From: Candidatus Hadarchaeales archaeon | GTDB lineage: Archaea > Hadarchaeota > Hadarchaeia > Hadarchaeales > Hadarchaeaceae | Length of the DNA: 64,000 bases | NCBI GenBank assembly: GCA_038823825.1 | Contig: JAWBCC010000003.1 | Span: forward strand, 69,351-133,350 | Reading direction: 5' to 3' | Shown: in pieces, positions 1 to 10,229 of the stretch | Layout of the letters: every line of letters starts with the position of its first letter | Position numbering within the stretch: the stretch's first letter is position 1 | Program-made: the position numbers and the translations under genes | Notes under the pieces: generated by a model | Told to the model about the DNA's origin: nothing | What the model saw: only the letters and a program-made list of their open reading frames with translations | Databases searched by the model: none

Positions 1-221
1 TTGAGAATAGATGCAGTTTCGGCCATGAAGTCCACACCACAGAAAACAACTAGATTTTTATCGATCTTCGTGCACGCAAGTGCGAGTTCTAGCGAATCTC
101 CAACGAAGTCCGCCAAATCTTGGATTTCCGGGATCTGATAATTGTGTGCTAAAATGACAGCTTTTTTCTTTTCCTTGAGTTCTACGATTTTTTCAACGAT
201 TTCATCTACTTTCCTCATCAT
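1..221 (-). CDS. nadA: Quinolinate synthase NadA, N-terminal fragment. The gene continues beyond the window start.
   Basis: Reverse-strand translation from the ATG at 221 gives [68 protein letters not shown]. This matches the NadA N-terminus (AHYY/AHNYQ, PEIQ, DSLE, FMGETAKIL motifs). Confidence 0.75.
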   Translation of the reverse strand, partial: MMRKVDEIVEKIVELKEKKKAVILAHNYQIPEIQDLADFVGDSLELALACTKIDKNLVVFCGVDFMAETASIL

Positions 222-223
222 GT

Positions 224-940
224 TCACCAAGTCCCGAACATGAAATCTTGATACTCGACATATCTTTTGTAAAGGCGGGATCTCCTCCTTTTAACGTAAA
301 TTCCGGCGAGAACTCCGACGACTATTCCAATTAGATGGGCAAGGTTCGCGACCGAACTTTGCGGAAGAGTAAGAGCCATGAGGGCCGAGAGAATTCCAAA
401 GCCCGTGATGAACATCCAGAGGCGCATCGGAATGAAGAAAAAAAGGAGGACCGGGAGTCTAGGCATGATAACCGCTAGGGTTCCGAGTAGTCCAAGAATC
501 GCTCCGCTGGCCCCGAGGACGATGACGTCTGGAGGGCTAACTGAAAGCTGAGCGAGTGCGGCAATTACGCCTGAGAGGAAAAAGATAGCGAGAAAGTTTG
601 CCTTTCCTATTTTCATCTCTAGCATCGGGGAGAAGGAAATGAAGACGATAATGTTCACAAGCAGGTGGAGAATCCCCCCGTGTGCGAATATCGATGTGAT
701 GAGAGTCCACGGTCTCTCAGCCAGAGTTCTTCTTGATGGGCACAAATAGTAAAGAAAAGAATTCCTGTCTCCAGAAATAAAGTAGTTTTCGCCAAGACTG
801 ACTTCTGCAACGATCTGAAGGATGAAAACTCCAATTATTGCTGCGGTCAAGATATAAGTGGCAATGGGTCTTTCCAATCTGCGGAAGACGAAGCGCACAG
901 TTGATGGCTCGTATTCGACGTATCCAAATTCTATGCTCAT
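224..940 (-). CDS. Rhomboid family intramembrane serine protease
   Basis: Polytopic membrane protein. It has the GASGAILG catalytic serine motif (GxSG) and a downstream AHLIGIVVG histidine motif. It sits immediately upstream of nadA on the same strand. Confidence 0.8.
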   Translation of the reverse strand: MSIEFGYVEYEPSTVRFVFRRLERPIATYILTAAIIGVFILQIVAEVSLGENYFISGDRNSFLYYLCPSRRTLAERPWTLITSIFAHGGILHLLVNIIVFISFSPMLEMKIGKANFLAIFFLSGVIAALAQLSVSPPDVIVLGASGAILGLLGTLAVIMPRLPVLLFFFIPMRLWMFITGFGILSALMALTLPQSSVANLAHLIGIVVGVLAGIYVKRRRSRLYKRYVEYQDFMFGTW

Positions 941-1021
941 CTATGAAAATGCAGATATCATTGGATTTAAATCACACTCCTCGAAAAACTTAAAGTCATG
1001 TGACGAAAAAAGAGAGAATAG

Positions 1022-1099
1022 GGGCCGGTAGCTCAGCCTGGTATGAGCACTCGCTTGGCATGCGAGGGGTCGCGGGTTCAAATCCCGCCCGGTCCACCA
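1022..1099 (+). tRNA. tRNA-Ala (anticodon GGC)
   Basis: Cloverleaf drawn by hand. Acceptor stem is GGGCCGG/CCGGTCC with the G3:U70 alanine identity pair. Anticodon loop TTGGCAT gives GGC. T arm is GCGGG-TTCAAAT-CCCGC. CCA is encoded. Confidence 0.85.
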
Positions 1100-1109
1100 A
1101 TTCTATTTT

Positions 1110-4100
1110 TTGTTGAATAAGAGGTGTTTAAATACCCCTAAAGGGATTGGTTTTGGTGCAAACGTGGATGAAAGTGGTAGTAATGTGCTGAGCACCTTTT
1201 TTGGTACATTGCTTTTAATATCGCTTCTCGCCTTCTCTGTTTCGTTTGTGTTTCTGTTTTCTGCGAGAACGGTTTCCGCATCGCCTGACTCTCACGCTCC
1301 GATATACATAGTTGGGAATGAAAACTTCACGCCTGCAAACGGTGTTCGCTCGGGTTCTGGAACCGAAACAGATCCTTACATAATCGAGAACTGGGAAATC
1401 GATGCTTCCACGGGACACGGGATCCACATTAAAAACACCACTGCATATTTCGTAATCAGAAATGTGTTGGTTGAGAACGGGAGCGGTGCTTACTATGGGA
1501 TTTATCTAGAAAACGTGGTTAACGGCAGGCTCAGTAATAACATCGTGGGGAACAACGAGTGCGGTATTTATCTATACTCCTCAGACAATAACACTCTCTC
1601 GGGGAACGTCGTTGAGAACAACGAGACCGGTATTTACCTTGACAATTCCAACAGCAACTTTCTCTTCGGCAACATCTTGGCGAACAACGGCACCGGCATC
1701 TTGCTCATTTATTCAGAAAATAATACTCTATCGGGAAACAATTTGGAGAACAACGAGTACTACGGTGTTGATCTATACTACTCCGACAACAACACAATCT
1801 CCGGGAACAACATAGAAAGGTCATGGGACACGGGAATATGCATTGATGAGTCATCCGAAAACAACTATTTGAGCAACAATCAGATTAGACAATCTGATTA
1901 TGGTTTTTATTTTTACTACTCCGGGAACAACTTTTTAGAAAATAATCTGGTTGAAAACTCTTCATACTCGGCGATATGGATAGATCACTCCGAAAATATA
2001 AAAATGCGGAAAAATGTGATGAAATTAGGACCCAGCCTCGTTATACAGGGCGGGTACCTCTTCCATTTCCTTCACGATATCGACAACTCAAATCTCGCGA
2101 ACGGAAAGCCAATCCTCTATTTGACAGGGAAGGAGAACAACCTCGTGATCAACCAGGACAACAAAGTGGGATGGCTCGGTCTGGTGAACTCCGAGAACAT
2201 GCGGGTTGAAAACATTGTCGTTGAGTCCATTCTGCTAGCTTTTACGTCAAAAAGCAAAATCGAGAACGTAATGGTTGAAAATGGATACTATGCAATCGAA
2301 CTTTTCAAATCTTCCAACAATAGAATTCTGAGATCTTACATTGCTAGGGGTTTATATGGCATCTATTTACAAAACTCTCCCAACAATTTGATCTCTAGCT
2401 GCGAACTGGAAAGATCTTACTATAGTGTATGTGTCACTTATTCCGATAACATCGAAATCTCAAACAACATCGTGAGAATTGCGAGCCTTGGCATATATCT
2501 CTATCAGTGCGACAATATGGTTATCGCGGGAAACACGATTCGAGACATCGAAAATTTTGCGGGAGTTGAGAGCTTTAAACTCACTAATAGCAGGATTTCA
2601 AATAACAGCTTTATCAACGTTTCTGCTCAGTATGTGATTGTCAGTTACGGCTATTCTGAAAATATTTCTATTACCGGAAATATTATCGGAGGAGGAGGCA
2701 ATTATTATGGGATATACACCGAACATTGGAATGAAGCGTTTATCTGTGGGAATACTATCGAGAACAACGTGGTCGCGGGCATATATCTCCATAGCCCTGA
2801 AAATTGCACAATTGAGAACAATATCTTAAGAAACAACCCAACTGGTATTTCTCTCTCCTACAATGCGAAAAGCAACAAAATTTCTGGGAACTGGCTGGAA
2901 AACAACAATAACTCCTCTCTCAGTATAACGAGTTATTCGGATAACAACAGGATAGTAAATAACACGATTAAGAAAAGTTCAGAGATGCGCATTAATTGGT
3001 CTAATTTCATCACGGTGGAAAATAATACAGTAGAAGACAGTTCCGGCTTCGCGTATTTATACTCATCCGACAACAATCTCATCTCAAACAATAAAATAAC
3101 GAATGTTATTAGCGGGATAACCATGAGCACTTCTTGCGAGTACAATAGAATAGAAAACAACTTTATTACTAAAGTAGCTACTAGCGGGGTCTTGCTAATG
3201 AGCACTAATTGTCAGTGGAACAAGATCTCTGGAAATAAGATTGAAAATTCCAATTGGGGCATAGAGGTAAGTTATAAAAATAACGAAATCTTTTCGAACG
3301 TGGTGAAGTTTTCAAGTAAAGGAATTTATGTCTATGGACAGTCGGATAATACCACAATCTTCGGAAACATTTTGGAGAATAATGAGGAGGGCATCCGCGT
3401 ATCTAACTCAAAGGCAGAAATCACGGGGAACGATTTAAAGGGAAACACTTATGGAATTTACCTAGCGACAAAAACAACCACTGTCTTGCATAATACGATA
3501 GTGGATGGCAATTATGGAATTTATTCATACTACTCCGAAAACATTCTGATCGAAAACAACGTAATAGAGAGAAATTTGCTCGCAGGCATCTATTTTGATA
3601 GTTCAAAGAGCAATTTGATCGAAAACACCAAGATAGAAGGAAACGTTCAGTACGGCATATATCTTTTCTACTCGGATAACAACAGAATTCTAAACAACGA
3701 TATCTTGAGCAGTTATCAAGGAATGTATCTATATCAGTCTAAGGACGCTGTGATCTCCGGTAACAGAGTGGAAAATAATGAGCAGGGAATATATCTTATG
3801 TACTCGAGTAAGGACAACATTCTAAACAATACTATACGTAGCAATAAATTTGGCGTTCTAATCGTCTGGGCTTCGTTAAATAATATAGTTGAGAACAACG
3901 AGGTCGATAGCAACCGGACCGGTGTGTATCTGTTTGGATCAAAATCTAACATCCTCCGCAGCAACAAAATCCTGTGGAGCACGGACACCGGGATAGGCGT
4001 TTACAATAATGCGGAGCTTAACAGGCTGGAAAACAATACCTGCGAGAACAACGCATTTGGGATTCGCTTGGACACGGCGAAAAAAACCATTTTGAGAGGC

Positions 4101-7028
4101 AACAAACTCGAGAATAACGTTTGGTATGGGTTGTTCGTCAGCGGCTACCAGATGGACTACTACGACCACGATATCGACAACTCGAACGAACTCAACGGAA
4201 AACCGATTCTCTATCTGGTGGGAGAAAACAACATAGTGATTAACCAAGACAACGATCCGGGCTTTCTAGGTCTCGTAGGTCTGGAGAATGTGAGGGCGGA
4301 AAATCTACAACCGGAATCTATTCTTCTCGTATTTACCGAAAACGTTTTGCTTAGAAATCATGCCGCACGCAGTCTCATTATGTGTTTTTCTGAAAACTGT
4401 AGACTAGAAAATAGCATCTCCGAGAACGGCATGTTTGGCATTTTAATTTGGTGGTCTAGAAATCTAACACTCCGAGCGAACCAAGCAAGAAACTGTCTCT
4501 ATAATTTTGGCGTCGAAGGATGGGAGCTTCCTCATTACCTACATGATATTGATAACTCGAACTCGGTAAACGGGAAACCGGTCATCTATCTGATAAACGA
4601 AAACAACATCACGATTGAGCAGGGCGATCAGCCGGGTTACTTGGGCCTCATTAATCTGAGCAGCGCGAAGGTTAAAGATGTCAAATTTGAGAAAAACTGT
4701 CAGGGAATTCTGCTTTTCAGCGTAGAGAACATAGAAATCGAGAATGTCGATCTCAAAGCCAACTGGTTAGGTCTGGAGGCCAGCTTTTTGAAAGGTGGCG
4801 AGGTTAGCAACAACAGGATCGAAAATAACCTTGAAGGTTGCGTAATCCGGGATTCGAATAGCAATCTTTTCCATTCGAACATAGTGAGGAATAACCAAGA
4901 AGATGGTTTTTTGGTGAAAACTTCGGAAAACATTGTTTTCAGCGGAAACTTCGTTGAGAACAGCAATTATGGTATTAATGCATCCGAAACGGACAACATT
5001 ATCATCACCGGGAACACAATAGAGCACACCTCAGAGTTTGGAATATACCTCGATATGATTTTAGGTGGCAGCGTGACTTTCAACAATTTGCGGAACAATC
5101 AAACCGGAATTAGAGTTGACAGCGGCAGTCGATTGGTTATTTCCTACAACGTTATTGAGAACAGCTCGGATCGAGATATCATATTTAATGGAGAAAATTC
5201 TGTTTTCGAGGCAAACGTCTACACAACAGCAGACGGCATTCCTCACATACATTCAGTTTCTGTTACGAACATCACGCAGACATCTGCAACGATAACTTGG
5301 GTTACTGATGAGGACTCAACAACCGTTGTAGAATACGGACCAACAACGGCATACGGATACACCGCCACCGATGGTGTGACGAAAAACCATCAGGTGAACC
5401 TCTCCAACCTTTCACCTGGAACAATCTACCACTTCCGCGTCCTTTCAACCGACAGTGAAAACAACCTTGAGATATCAAGGGACTTCACCTTCATGACGGC
5501 TTCACCTCCACCTCCACCGCCCCCACCGCCTCCTCCACCTGCCCAGATCTCAACATCCATAACGATCGAGCCATTTGCCTTCTCCATTGTCTCAGGAGGT
5601 TCTAGAGAGATAACAGCCATTCTGAGGGATAACGGAGGGAACCCGCTTTCCGGAAAGACGATATCGTGGAGCACAACCGCTGGAACAATAACCCAGACGA
5701 GCGTGACAGACAACCTTGGGAGGGCAATCGCAACCTTCACGGCTCCTGTTGTCACGCGAGTGGAAAATGTGACTATCACGGCAACATTTGCTGGTGATGC
5801 AAGCTATTTGGGGAGTCAGGCAAACGCCCTATGTACGGTTTCTCCAACTCCTCTCATCCCAACAACCTTGAGAATTTCACCGCCAAGTTTCACAGTCAGA
5901 GTTGGTGGAAGGACAACACTGACCGCAATCCTCTTGGATAACGCTGGAAATCCGCTCCAAGGGAAGCAGATAGTTTGGAGCACAAATTCCGGTTCGATTG
6001 AACCGATGAGCGGTCTCACGGACAACTACGGGAGAATGGAGGTGACGTTTTTCGCACCGTCGGTCAGCGGATCTGTTGAAATCGGAGCTATGTTCGCAGG
6101 AGATTCCACACATACTGGAAGCCAAGCTGCATGTGAGGGAACCGTTTCCCCTCTTCAGGCCAGGATAGACATAACTCCTGATGTCATCTACAGAGGTTCC
6201 CTGCCACGCTGGATCTTCTGCTACATAGAGATCCCGGAGGAGAATGTGGAAGAGATAGATGTTGGCAGCGTTAGGCTTCAGCAAATTCCTGTTGATCCTA
6301 GCGCTCCGACGTCAGTCGGAGATCATGACGGGAACGGAATCCCAGACATTCTTCTAGGATTCAGCTCCCAGGCTCTTGCGCTTCCAGATTCCCCGGGCAT
6401 TCTGCAACTTTCCGTCATCGGATTCGTTAAAGGACTGGAGTTCAAAGGCACAACCGCTGTCCTTTACACAACCATTTCAGAAAACTTGAAGCCGATGATT
6501 TTTATTTTAGAAAACCTCCAGCCCGGCTCCTGGCCGGTTTTCTTGGAAAACATCTCTCTAAACCGGATTGACATCATCCTCGAGAACTATAGGGAAAGAG
6601 CCCAGCTCTTTGTTCTAGAACTTTTCAGTCCTCCGGAGGGAATTCCTTCGGCCCCAGGAATAGTCTACAGATATCTCTTGATAACCGTGGAGAACCTGGA
6701 GGAGGTAGAAAACGTTTCCCTGACTTTTGCCGTAAGCCGCTCTTGGATTTCCTCCTCAAACATCTCTGAAAATCTGATTTTCCTAAAGAGATTCGACGCA
6801 TCTGAAAACATATGGGAAAACATACCGATCACGTTGGTCGGAGAAGATGAAAGCTACGTCTACTTCCGTGCAAACTTGCGAGGTTTCTCTCTTTTTGCTA
6901 TCTCCGGTCTCCCCGCAGCTGCGCCTAAACCAGAGGCCAAGCCAAGGACTGAGATCCTGATAGCTGTGATCGTCGTCATTATCATAATCCTTCTTTTTAT
7001 CCTAATCTCTCTTAGGAGAAGGCAGTGA
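1110..7028 (+). CDS. Giant secreted cell-surface protein (1972 aa). It has a signal peptide and many right-handed parallel beta-helix (PbH1/NosD-like) repeats. A ~130-aa module is present three times. These are followed by an FN3 domain, a poly-proline linker, two bacterial-Ig-like (Big) domains and a C-terminal TM anchor with a basic tail.
   Basis: Repeated N-rich motifs NNxxxGIYLxxSxNN throughout. The module HDIDNSNxxNGKPILYLxxENNxxINQDNxxGxLGL occurs at aa ~305, ~1015 and ~1150. VTNITQTSATITWVTDED...YHFRV is FN3-like. SPPPPPPPPPPPPPA follows. Two ITAILxDNxGNPLxGKxIxWST Ig-like repeats follow. The C-terminus is ...ILIAVIVVIIIILLFILISLRRRQ. The real start is probably the in-frame GTG at 1185 (signal peptide VLSTFFGTLLLISLLAFSVSFVFLFSARTVSA), because a TATA-like tttaaata lies at 1127-1134 inside the annotated 5' end. 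Confidence 0.8.
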   Translation: MLNKRCLNTPKGIGFGANVDESGSNVLSTFFGTLLLISLLAFSVSFVFLFSARTVSASPDSHAPIYIVGNENFTPANGVRSGSGTETDPYIIENWEIDASTGHGIHIKNTTAYFVIRNVLVENGSGAYYGIYLENVVNGRLSNNIVGNNECGIYLYSSDNNTLSGNVVENNETGIYLDNSNSNFLFGNILANNGTGILLIYSENNTLSGNNLENNEYYGVDLYYSDNNTISGNNIERSWDTGICIDESSENNYLSNNQIRQSDYGFYFYYSGNNFLENNLVENSSYSAIWIDHSENIKMRKNVMKLGPSLVIQGGYLFHFLHDIDNSNLANGKPILYLTGKENNLVINQDNKVGWLGLVNSENMRVENIVVESILLAFTSKSKIENVMVENGYYAIELFKSSNNRILRSYIARGLYGIYLQNSPNNLISSCELERSYYSVCVTYSDNIEISNNIVRIASLGIYLYQCDNMVIAGNTIRDIENFAGVESFKLTNSRISNNSFINVSAQYVIVSYGYSENISITGNIIGGGGNYYGIYTEHWNEAFICGNTIENNVVAGIYLHSPENCTIENNILRNNPTGISLSYNAKSNKISGNWLENNNNSSLSITSYSDNNRIVNNTIKKSSEMRINWSNFITVENNTVEDSSGFAYLYSSDNNLISNNKITNVISGITMSTSCEYNRIENNFITKVATSGVLLMSTNCQWNKISGNKIENSNWGIEVSYKNNEIFSNVVKFSSKGIYVYGQSDNTTIFGNILENNEEGIRVSNSKAEITGNDLKGNTYGIYLATKTTTVLHNTIVDGNYGIYSYYSENILIENNVIERNLLAGIYFDSSKSNLIENTKIEGNVQYGIYLFYSDNNRILNNDILSSYQGMYLYQSKDAVISGNRVENNEQGIYLMYSSKDNILNNTIRSNKFGVLIVWASLNNIVENNEVDSNRTGVYLFGSKSNILRSNKILWSTDTGIGVYNNAELNRLENNTCENNAFGIRLDTAKKTILRGNKLENNVWYGLFVSGYQMDYYDHDIDNSNELNGKPILYLVGENNIVINQDNDPGFLGLVGLENVRAENLQPESILLVFTENVLLRNHAARSLIMCFSENCRLENSISENGMFGILIWWSRNLTLRANQARNCLYNFGVEGWELPHYLHDIDNSNSVNGKPVIYLINENNITIEQGDQPGYLGLINLSSAKVKDVKFEKNCQGILLFSVENIEIENVDLKANWLGLEASFLKGGEVSNNRIENNLEGCVIRDSNSNLFHSNIVRNNQEDGFLVKTSENIVFSGNFVENSNYGINASETDNIIITGNTIEHTSEFGIYLDMILGGSVTFNNLRNNQTGIRVDSGSRLVISYNVIENSSDRDIIFNGENSVFEANVYTTADGIPHIHSVSVTNITQTSATITWVTDEDSTTVVEYGPTTAYGYTATDGVTKNHQVNLSNLSPGTIYHFRVLSTDSENNLEISRDFTFMTASPPPPPPPPPPPPAQISTSITIEPFAFSIVSGGSREITAILRDNGGNPLSGKTISWSTTAGTITQTSVTDNLGRAIATFTAPVVTRVENVTITATFAGDASYLGSQANALCTVSPTPLIPTTLRISPPSFTVRVGGRTTLTAILLDNAGNPLQGKQIVWSTNSGSIEPMSGLTDNYGRMEVTFFAPSVSGSVEIGAMFAGDSTHTGSQAACEGTVSPLQARIDITPDVIYRGSLPRWIFCYIEIPEENVEEIDVGSVRLQQIPVDPSAPTSVGDHDGNGIPDILLGFSSQALALPDSPGILQLSVIGFVKGLEFKGTTAVLYTTISENLKPMIFILENLQPGSWPVFLENISLNRIDIILENYRERAQLFVLELFSPPEGIPSAPGIVYRYLLITVENLEEVENVSLTFAVSRSWISSSNISENLIFLKRFDASENIWENIPITLVGEDESYVYFRANLRGFSLFAISGLPAAAPKPEAKPRTEILIAVIVVIIIILLFILISLRRRQ

Positions 7029-7112
7029 TGAGAATTCCATATTAACAGAGTTGATGGACGACTCGCAAAACAGTTTTTAACGTTGACTAAATGATGAACT
7101 TTGGAGAACTGT

Positions 7113-7508
7113 ATGAAACGAAGGGAAATTATAAAAATCACATCTGAGTCCGGTGTGGAGATTTTGTGCGAAATCCGTTTTGACAAAAATCCGAAGACGG
7201 CTGAGGCTCTTATGAGGGCGATACCTTTCGAGACTCGAGCGGAGCTGTGGGGAAAAGAGGTCTATTTTGAGGTACCGTTTCGGATAGCTCTTGAAAATGC
7301 AGATGAAACGGTGAATCTGGGTGATGTGGCTTATTGGCCAGATGGTCCCTCTCTCTGTCTGTTCTTCGGACCAACTCCTTTAAGTCCTTCCTCAAAGGTC
7401 ATCAAGCCCTATAGTCCTGTGAATGTGATAGGTAGAATTATTGGAGATCTGAGAATTCTTGAAAAAGTGAGAGAAGGCGAAAAGCTCGAAGTCGAAAGAG
7501 TTCCATAA
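7113..7508 (+). CDS. Cyclophilin-like fold protein (TM1367/PF04126-like)
   Basis: ~130 aa. The motif GDVAYWPDGPSLCLFFGPTP...VNVIGRI resembles the TM1367 cyclophilin-like family (GDVAYYAPWGNLAIFY...VPLGKV). The ATG at 7113 is preceded by a GGAGAA RBS. The TTG at 7101 in the ORF track is less likely. Confidence 0.5.
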   Translation: MKRREIIKITSESGVEILCEIRFDKNPKTAEALMRAIPFETRAELWGKEVYFEVPFRIALENADETVNLGDVAYWPDGPSLCLFFGPTPLSPSSKVIKPYSPVNVIGRIIGDLRILEKVREGEKLEVERVP

Positions 7509-7512
7509 ATCA

Positions 7513-7917
7513 TCATTTTTGCTCGGACACAGCCAGCCAGCTTTCCCAAAGATGGGGGACGGTGTCTAAGGACTTCATTTCCTCTGGGGTAATCCATCTT
7601 GCCTCCACATGCTCCCAGTCAATCTTCACCTCTCGATTTCTTACACGAAATCTAAAAGGATGAATTACCCAGATAATCCCGAGTTCCTCGTCCTTAAACT
7701 CGTATGGTTCTCCCTCCGCCATCAGTTCGAAATCCTGAATGCCGGTCTCTTCTCGTATTTCTTTTTCGGCAGCTTCTCTAGGGGTTTCTCCCTCTTCGAT
7801 GTAGCCAGCCACGGCGCCCCATTTACCTTGGTAAGTTCCAACTTTTTCGCTTCTTTTAAGCAAGAGAATCTTGCCCTCGCACTCTACGAAGCATGTTACG
7901 ACTCGTTTCCTGAGCAT
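7513..7917 (-). CDS. NUDIX hydrolase
   Basis: Nudix box GYIEEGETPREAAEKEIREETG (Gx5Ex7REUxEExGU). Confidence 0.85.
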   Translation of the reverse strand: MLRKRVVTCFVECEGKILLLKRSEKVGTYQGKWGAVAGYIEEGETPREAAEKEIREETGIQDFELMAEGEPYEFKDEELGIIWVIHPFRFRVRNREVKIDWEHVEARWITPEEMKSLDTVPHLWESWLAVSEQK

Positions 7918-7970
7918 ACAATAGAATTTGCAAAGAGATTTATTTATCTCATTACGATATTCTCTACGGA

Positions 7971-8046
7971 GGGCCCGTGGTCTAGTGGTTATGACATCAC
8001 CCTGACACGGTGAAGGTCGTGGGTTCGAATCCCACCGGGCCCACCA
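7971..8046 (+). tRNA. tRNA-Val (anticodon GAC)
   Basis: Acceptor GGGCCCG/CGGGCCC. Anticodon stem TCACC/GGTGA with loop CTGACAC gives GAC. T arm GTGGG-TTCGAAT-CCCAC. CCA encoded. Confidence 0.85.
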
Positions 8047-8114
8047 TCGTCAAAATTTTCAAAAATTTTACTAGAAAAATTTATTAACTCTCTTTGTGAA
8101 TAACTCAGGTTATT

Positions 8115-9146
8115 ATGAGAACCACACCATACTTTGTGGAAAAGGTGAAAGCGATAGAAGTCAAAGGAAAGAGAATCTCCGAACTTCTTAAGGAGATGGG
8201 AGACACAGGTTTTCAAGGAAGAAAGCTCGCAGAAGTCGTTGATGTTTGGGAGGAGATGATAAAGCAAAAAGATCTCACGATAATAATGGGATTGACGGGC
8301 TCAATGAGCACAACCGGCATGTGGAAGATTATCTGTTGGTTAATCGAAAATCGATATATCGATATCTTGGTTTCCACCGGTGCAAATATTTCCGAGGACA
8401 TACTTGATGCCATGGGTGCGGGCTATTGGAAGGGTTCTCACCTCGTTGATGACGAGGATCTGCTGCGTCACAAAATAGACAGATTCTACGATGTTTTTGC
8501 GGACGAGCTCGAATACCGGAAAATGGAGGAATTGATTGCAGAATTCATGAAGTCTATCGATGTGAACAAACTGTACACAACTAGGGAGTTCCTCTATAAA
8601 TTTGGTAAATGGCTGGATGAGCGCGGAATTTATTGTATACTCTCTGCAGCATACAGACATAAGGTCCCAGTCTACTGTCCAGCCCTTGTCGATAGCGGAT
8701 ATGGAATAGCTTCCCTTTGTGCGGAGAATAATCTGATGATAGACATGATGGAGGATTTTCGAGAACTCGTTCATGCTCTTAAAGACAGCAAGACGGGCGT
8801 GATTTACATAGGAGGAGGGGTCCCGAAAGATTTCGTTCAGCTTGTTGCAGTGGGTAGGGAATACCTACACGGTTGGAAAAATGTTCATCCTCATGAGTAC
8901 GCTATTCAGATTACTACGGATTCTCCACAGTGGGGAGGACTCAGCGGATGTACTCTAGAAGAAGCGGTTAGTTGGGGAAAGACCTCTCCAAAGGGAAAGA
9001 AGATCACATGTTATTGTGATGCCACAATTGCTCTTCCGTTTGTTTCACATGCTCTAGCGGAGAGAATAGGAAAGCCTAGAAAGGGCCCTGATTTTTCAGA
9101 GCTTTGCGAGAGAGAACTAAAAATTTATATCACCACAAAAAAATAA
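8115..9146 (+). CDS. dys: Deoxyhypusine synthase
   Basis: 343 aa. Motifs IIMGLTGSMSTTG, VSTGANISEDILDAMG, IYIGGGVPKDF and C-terminal CDATIALPFV resemble DHS NAD/spermidine-binding regions. Confidence 0.65.
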   Translation: MRTTPYFVEKVKAIEVKGKRISELLKEMGDTGFQGRKLAEVVDVWEEMIKQKDLTIIMGLTGSMSTTGMWKIICWLIENRYIDILVSTGANISEDILDAMGAGYWKGSHLVDDEDLLRHKIDRFYDVFADELEYRKMEELIAEFMKSIDVNKLYTTREFLYKFGKWLDERGIYCILSAAYRHKVPVYCPALVDSGYGIASLCAENNLMIDMMEDFRELVHALKDSKTGVIYIGGGVPKDFVQLVAVGREYLHGWKNVHPHEYAIQITTDSPQWGGLSGCTLEEAVSWGKTSPKGKKITCYCDATIALPFVSHALAERIGKPRKGPDFSELCERELKIYITTKK

Positions 9147-9263
9147 TTCTTTGAGAAATATGGCCTGCAAGTCCGCGAAGAAGAAAAAGAAGGAAGAAAA
9201 GAAAGGAGTCTGCTAAAAGGGATTGCTCCGTCATCAAAAGCCTCTTTATATCTAAGCTTTTGG

Positions 9264-10229
9264 TCACTTTTGGGTCTCGAAAATACATTCCTCAGGAGAT
9301 TTGTCTCTTCTTAGGCGCAAAAAAACAGGGGCTCTTAACTTGAGGTCATCAGTTACTTCTAGAAATCTCACCTCACAGACGAACTCTGGTCTAACCCATC
9401 GGACTTCGTAAGGTGGTTCCTCTTCAACTGGTTTTTCTGGAACTTCGATTTTTTTGAGTTCTGATGTGAGATATCTGATTGTTTCCTCATCAAATCCAGT
9501 TCCAACCTTCCCAAGGAAAATCAACTTTTCACGATCGTACGCTCCTATCGCAAGTGCTCCGAAGTAATCCTTCCGTTCTCCTTCCCCCGGCGTATAGCCC
9601 AAAATCACGCAGTCCATCGTCTTGAAAGTCTTGACCTTTATCCAATCCTCGCTTCTCTTCCCCTGCTGATAGGTGCTCTCGAGCTTCTTACCCATCACTC
9701 CCTCCAATCCCATCGCTTTTACGCTCTCCCACAGTCTTCTGCCATCCTCAGTATACATGCAGAGTCTCAGACGTTCGCTTTCTTTCACGATCTCTGAAAG
9801 TTTCTGCTTTCTTTCTCTGAGTGGTTTGTTTGTCATATCTTCTTCATTGGCAAGCAGAACGTCGAACGCGAAAATAACAGCCGGGTACATTTTGGAAAGT
9901 AGCTCTATTTTGAGTGGATGCTCCTGCTGTTCTCTAAGCTGCAAGAGTTGAAAATCTGGCTTGTTGTTTTTATCGAGCACAACGATCTCGCAGTCGAGAA
10001 TGCAGGGGTCGGCGAGGATGTTTCTGTGAATGCCTGAAAGTTCAGGATATCTGTGTTCAATCCACTTCTTTCTTCTGTTCAGAATTTTTATCCTCTCACC
10101 TTTTTTGTAAACGATCGCTCTTGTTCCGTCGAGCTTAGGTTCCCAGATGTAGTGGGGTTTGCTGAGATCATTTTCGCTTCCCAGCCTTGCAAGCATCGGG
10201 CTTATGATGGGTGGCCAGTCTGAGTTCAT
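9264..10229 (-). CDS. ligD: ATP-dependent DNA ligase, LigD ligase-domain type (NHEJ ligase)
   Basis: 321 aa with the KLDGTRAIVYKKG motif I (KxDG). Size matches a stand-alone LigD LigDom. It overlaps the upstream Ku gene by 4 nt (ATGA), which indicates an operon. Confidence 0.8.
   Translation of the reverse strand: MNSDWPPIISPMLARLGSENDLSKPHYIWEPKLDGTRAIVYKKGERIKILNRRKKWIEHRYPELSGIHRNILADPCILDCEIVVLDKNNKPDFQLLQLREQQEHPLKIELLSKMYPAVIFAFDVLLANEEDMTNKPLRERKQKLSEIVKESERLRLCMYTEDGRRLWESVKAMGLEGVMGKKLESTYQQGKRSEDWIKVKTFKTMDCVILGYTPGEGERKDYFGALAIGAYDREKLIFLGKVGTGFDEETIRYLTSELKKIEVPEKPVEEEPPYEVRWVRPEFVCEVRFLEVTDDLKLRAPVFLRLRRDKSPEECIFETQK

Noticed and set aside
5506-5547. Poly-proline tract as a possible slippage or phase-variation site
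   Set aside because: The 13 Pro codons are a mixture of CCA, CCT, CCG and CCC, not a homopolymeric or simple-repeat run, so slipped-strand mispairing is unlikely. It is a structural linker.
1215-6284. Numerous 60-135-aa antisense and alternative-frame ORFs inside the giant surface-protein gene
   Set aside because: All are embedded in a single uninterrupted 5.9-kb reading frame with coherent repeat and domain architecture. These are shadow ORFs from the repetitive, biased sequence.
7609-8013. 134-aa plus-strand ORF
   Set aside because: It lies antisense to the well-supported NUDIX gene and runs into the tRNA-Val gene. It is a shadow ORF.
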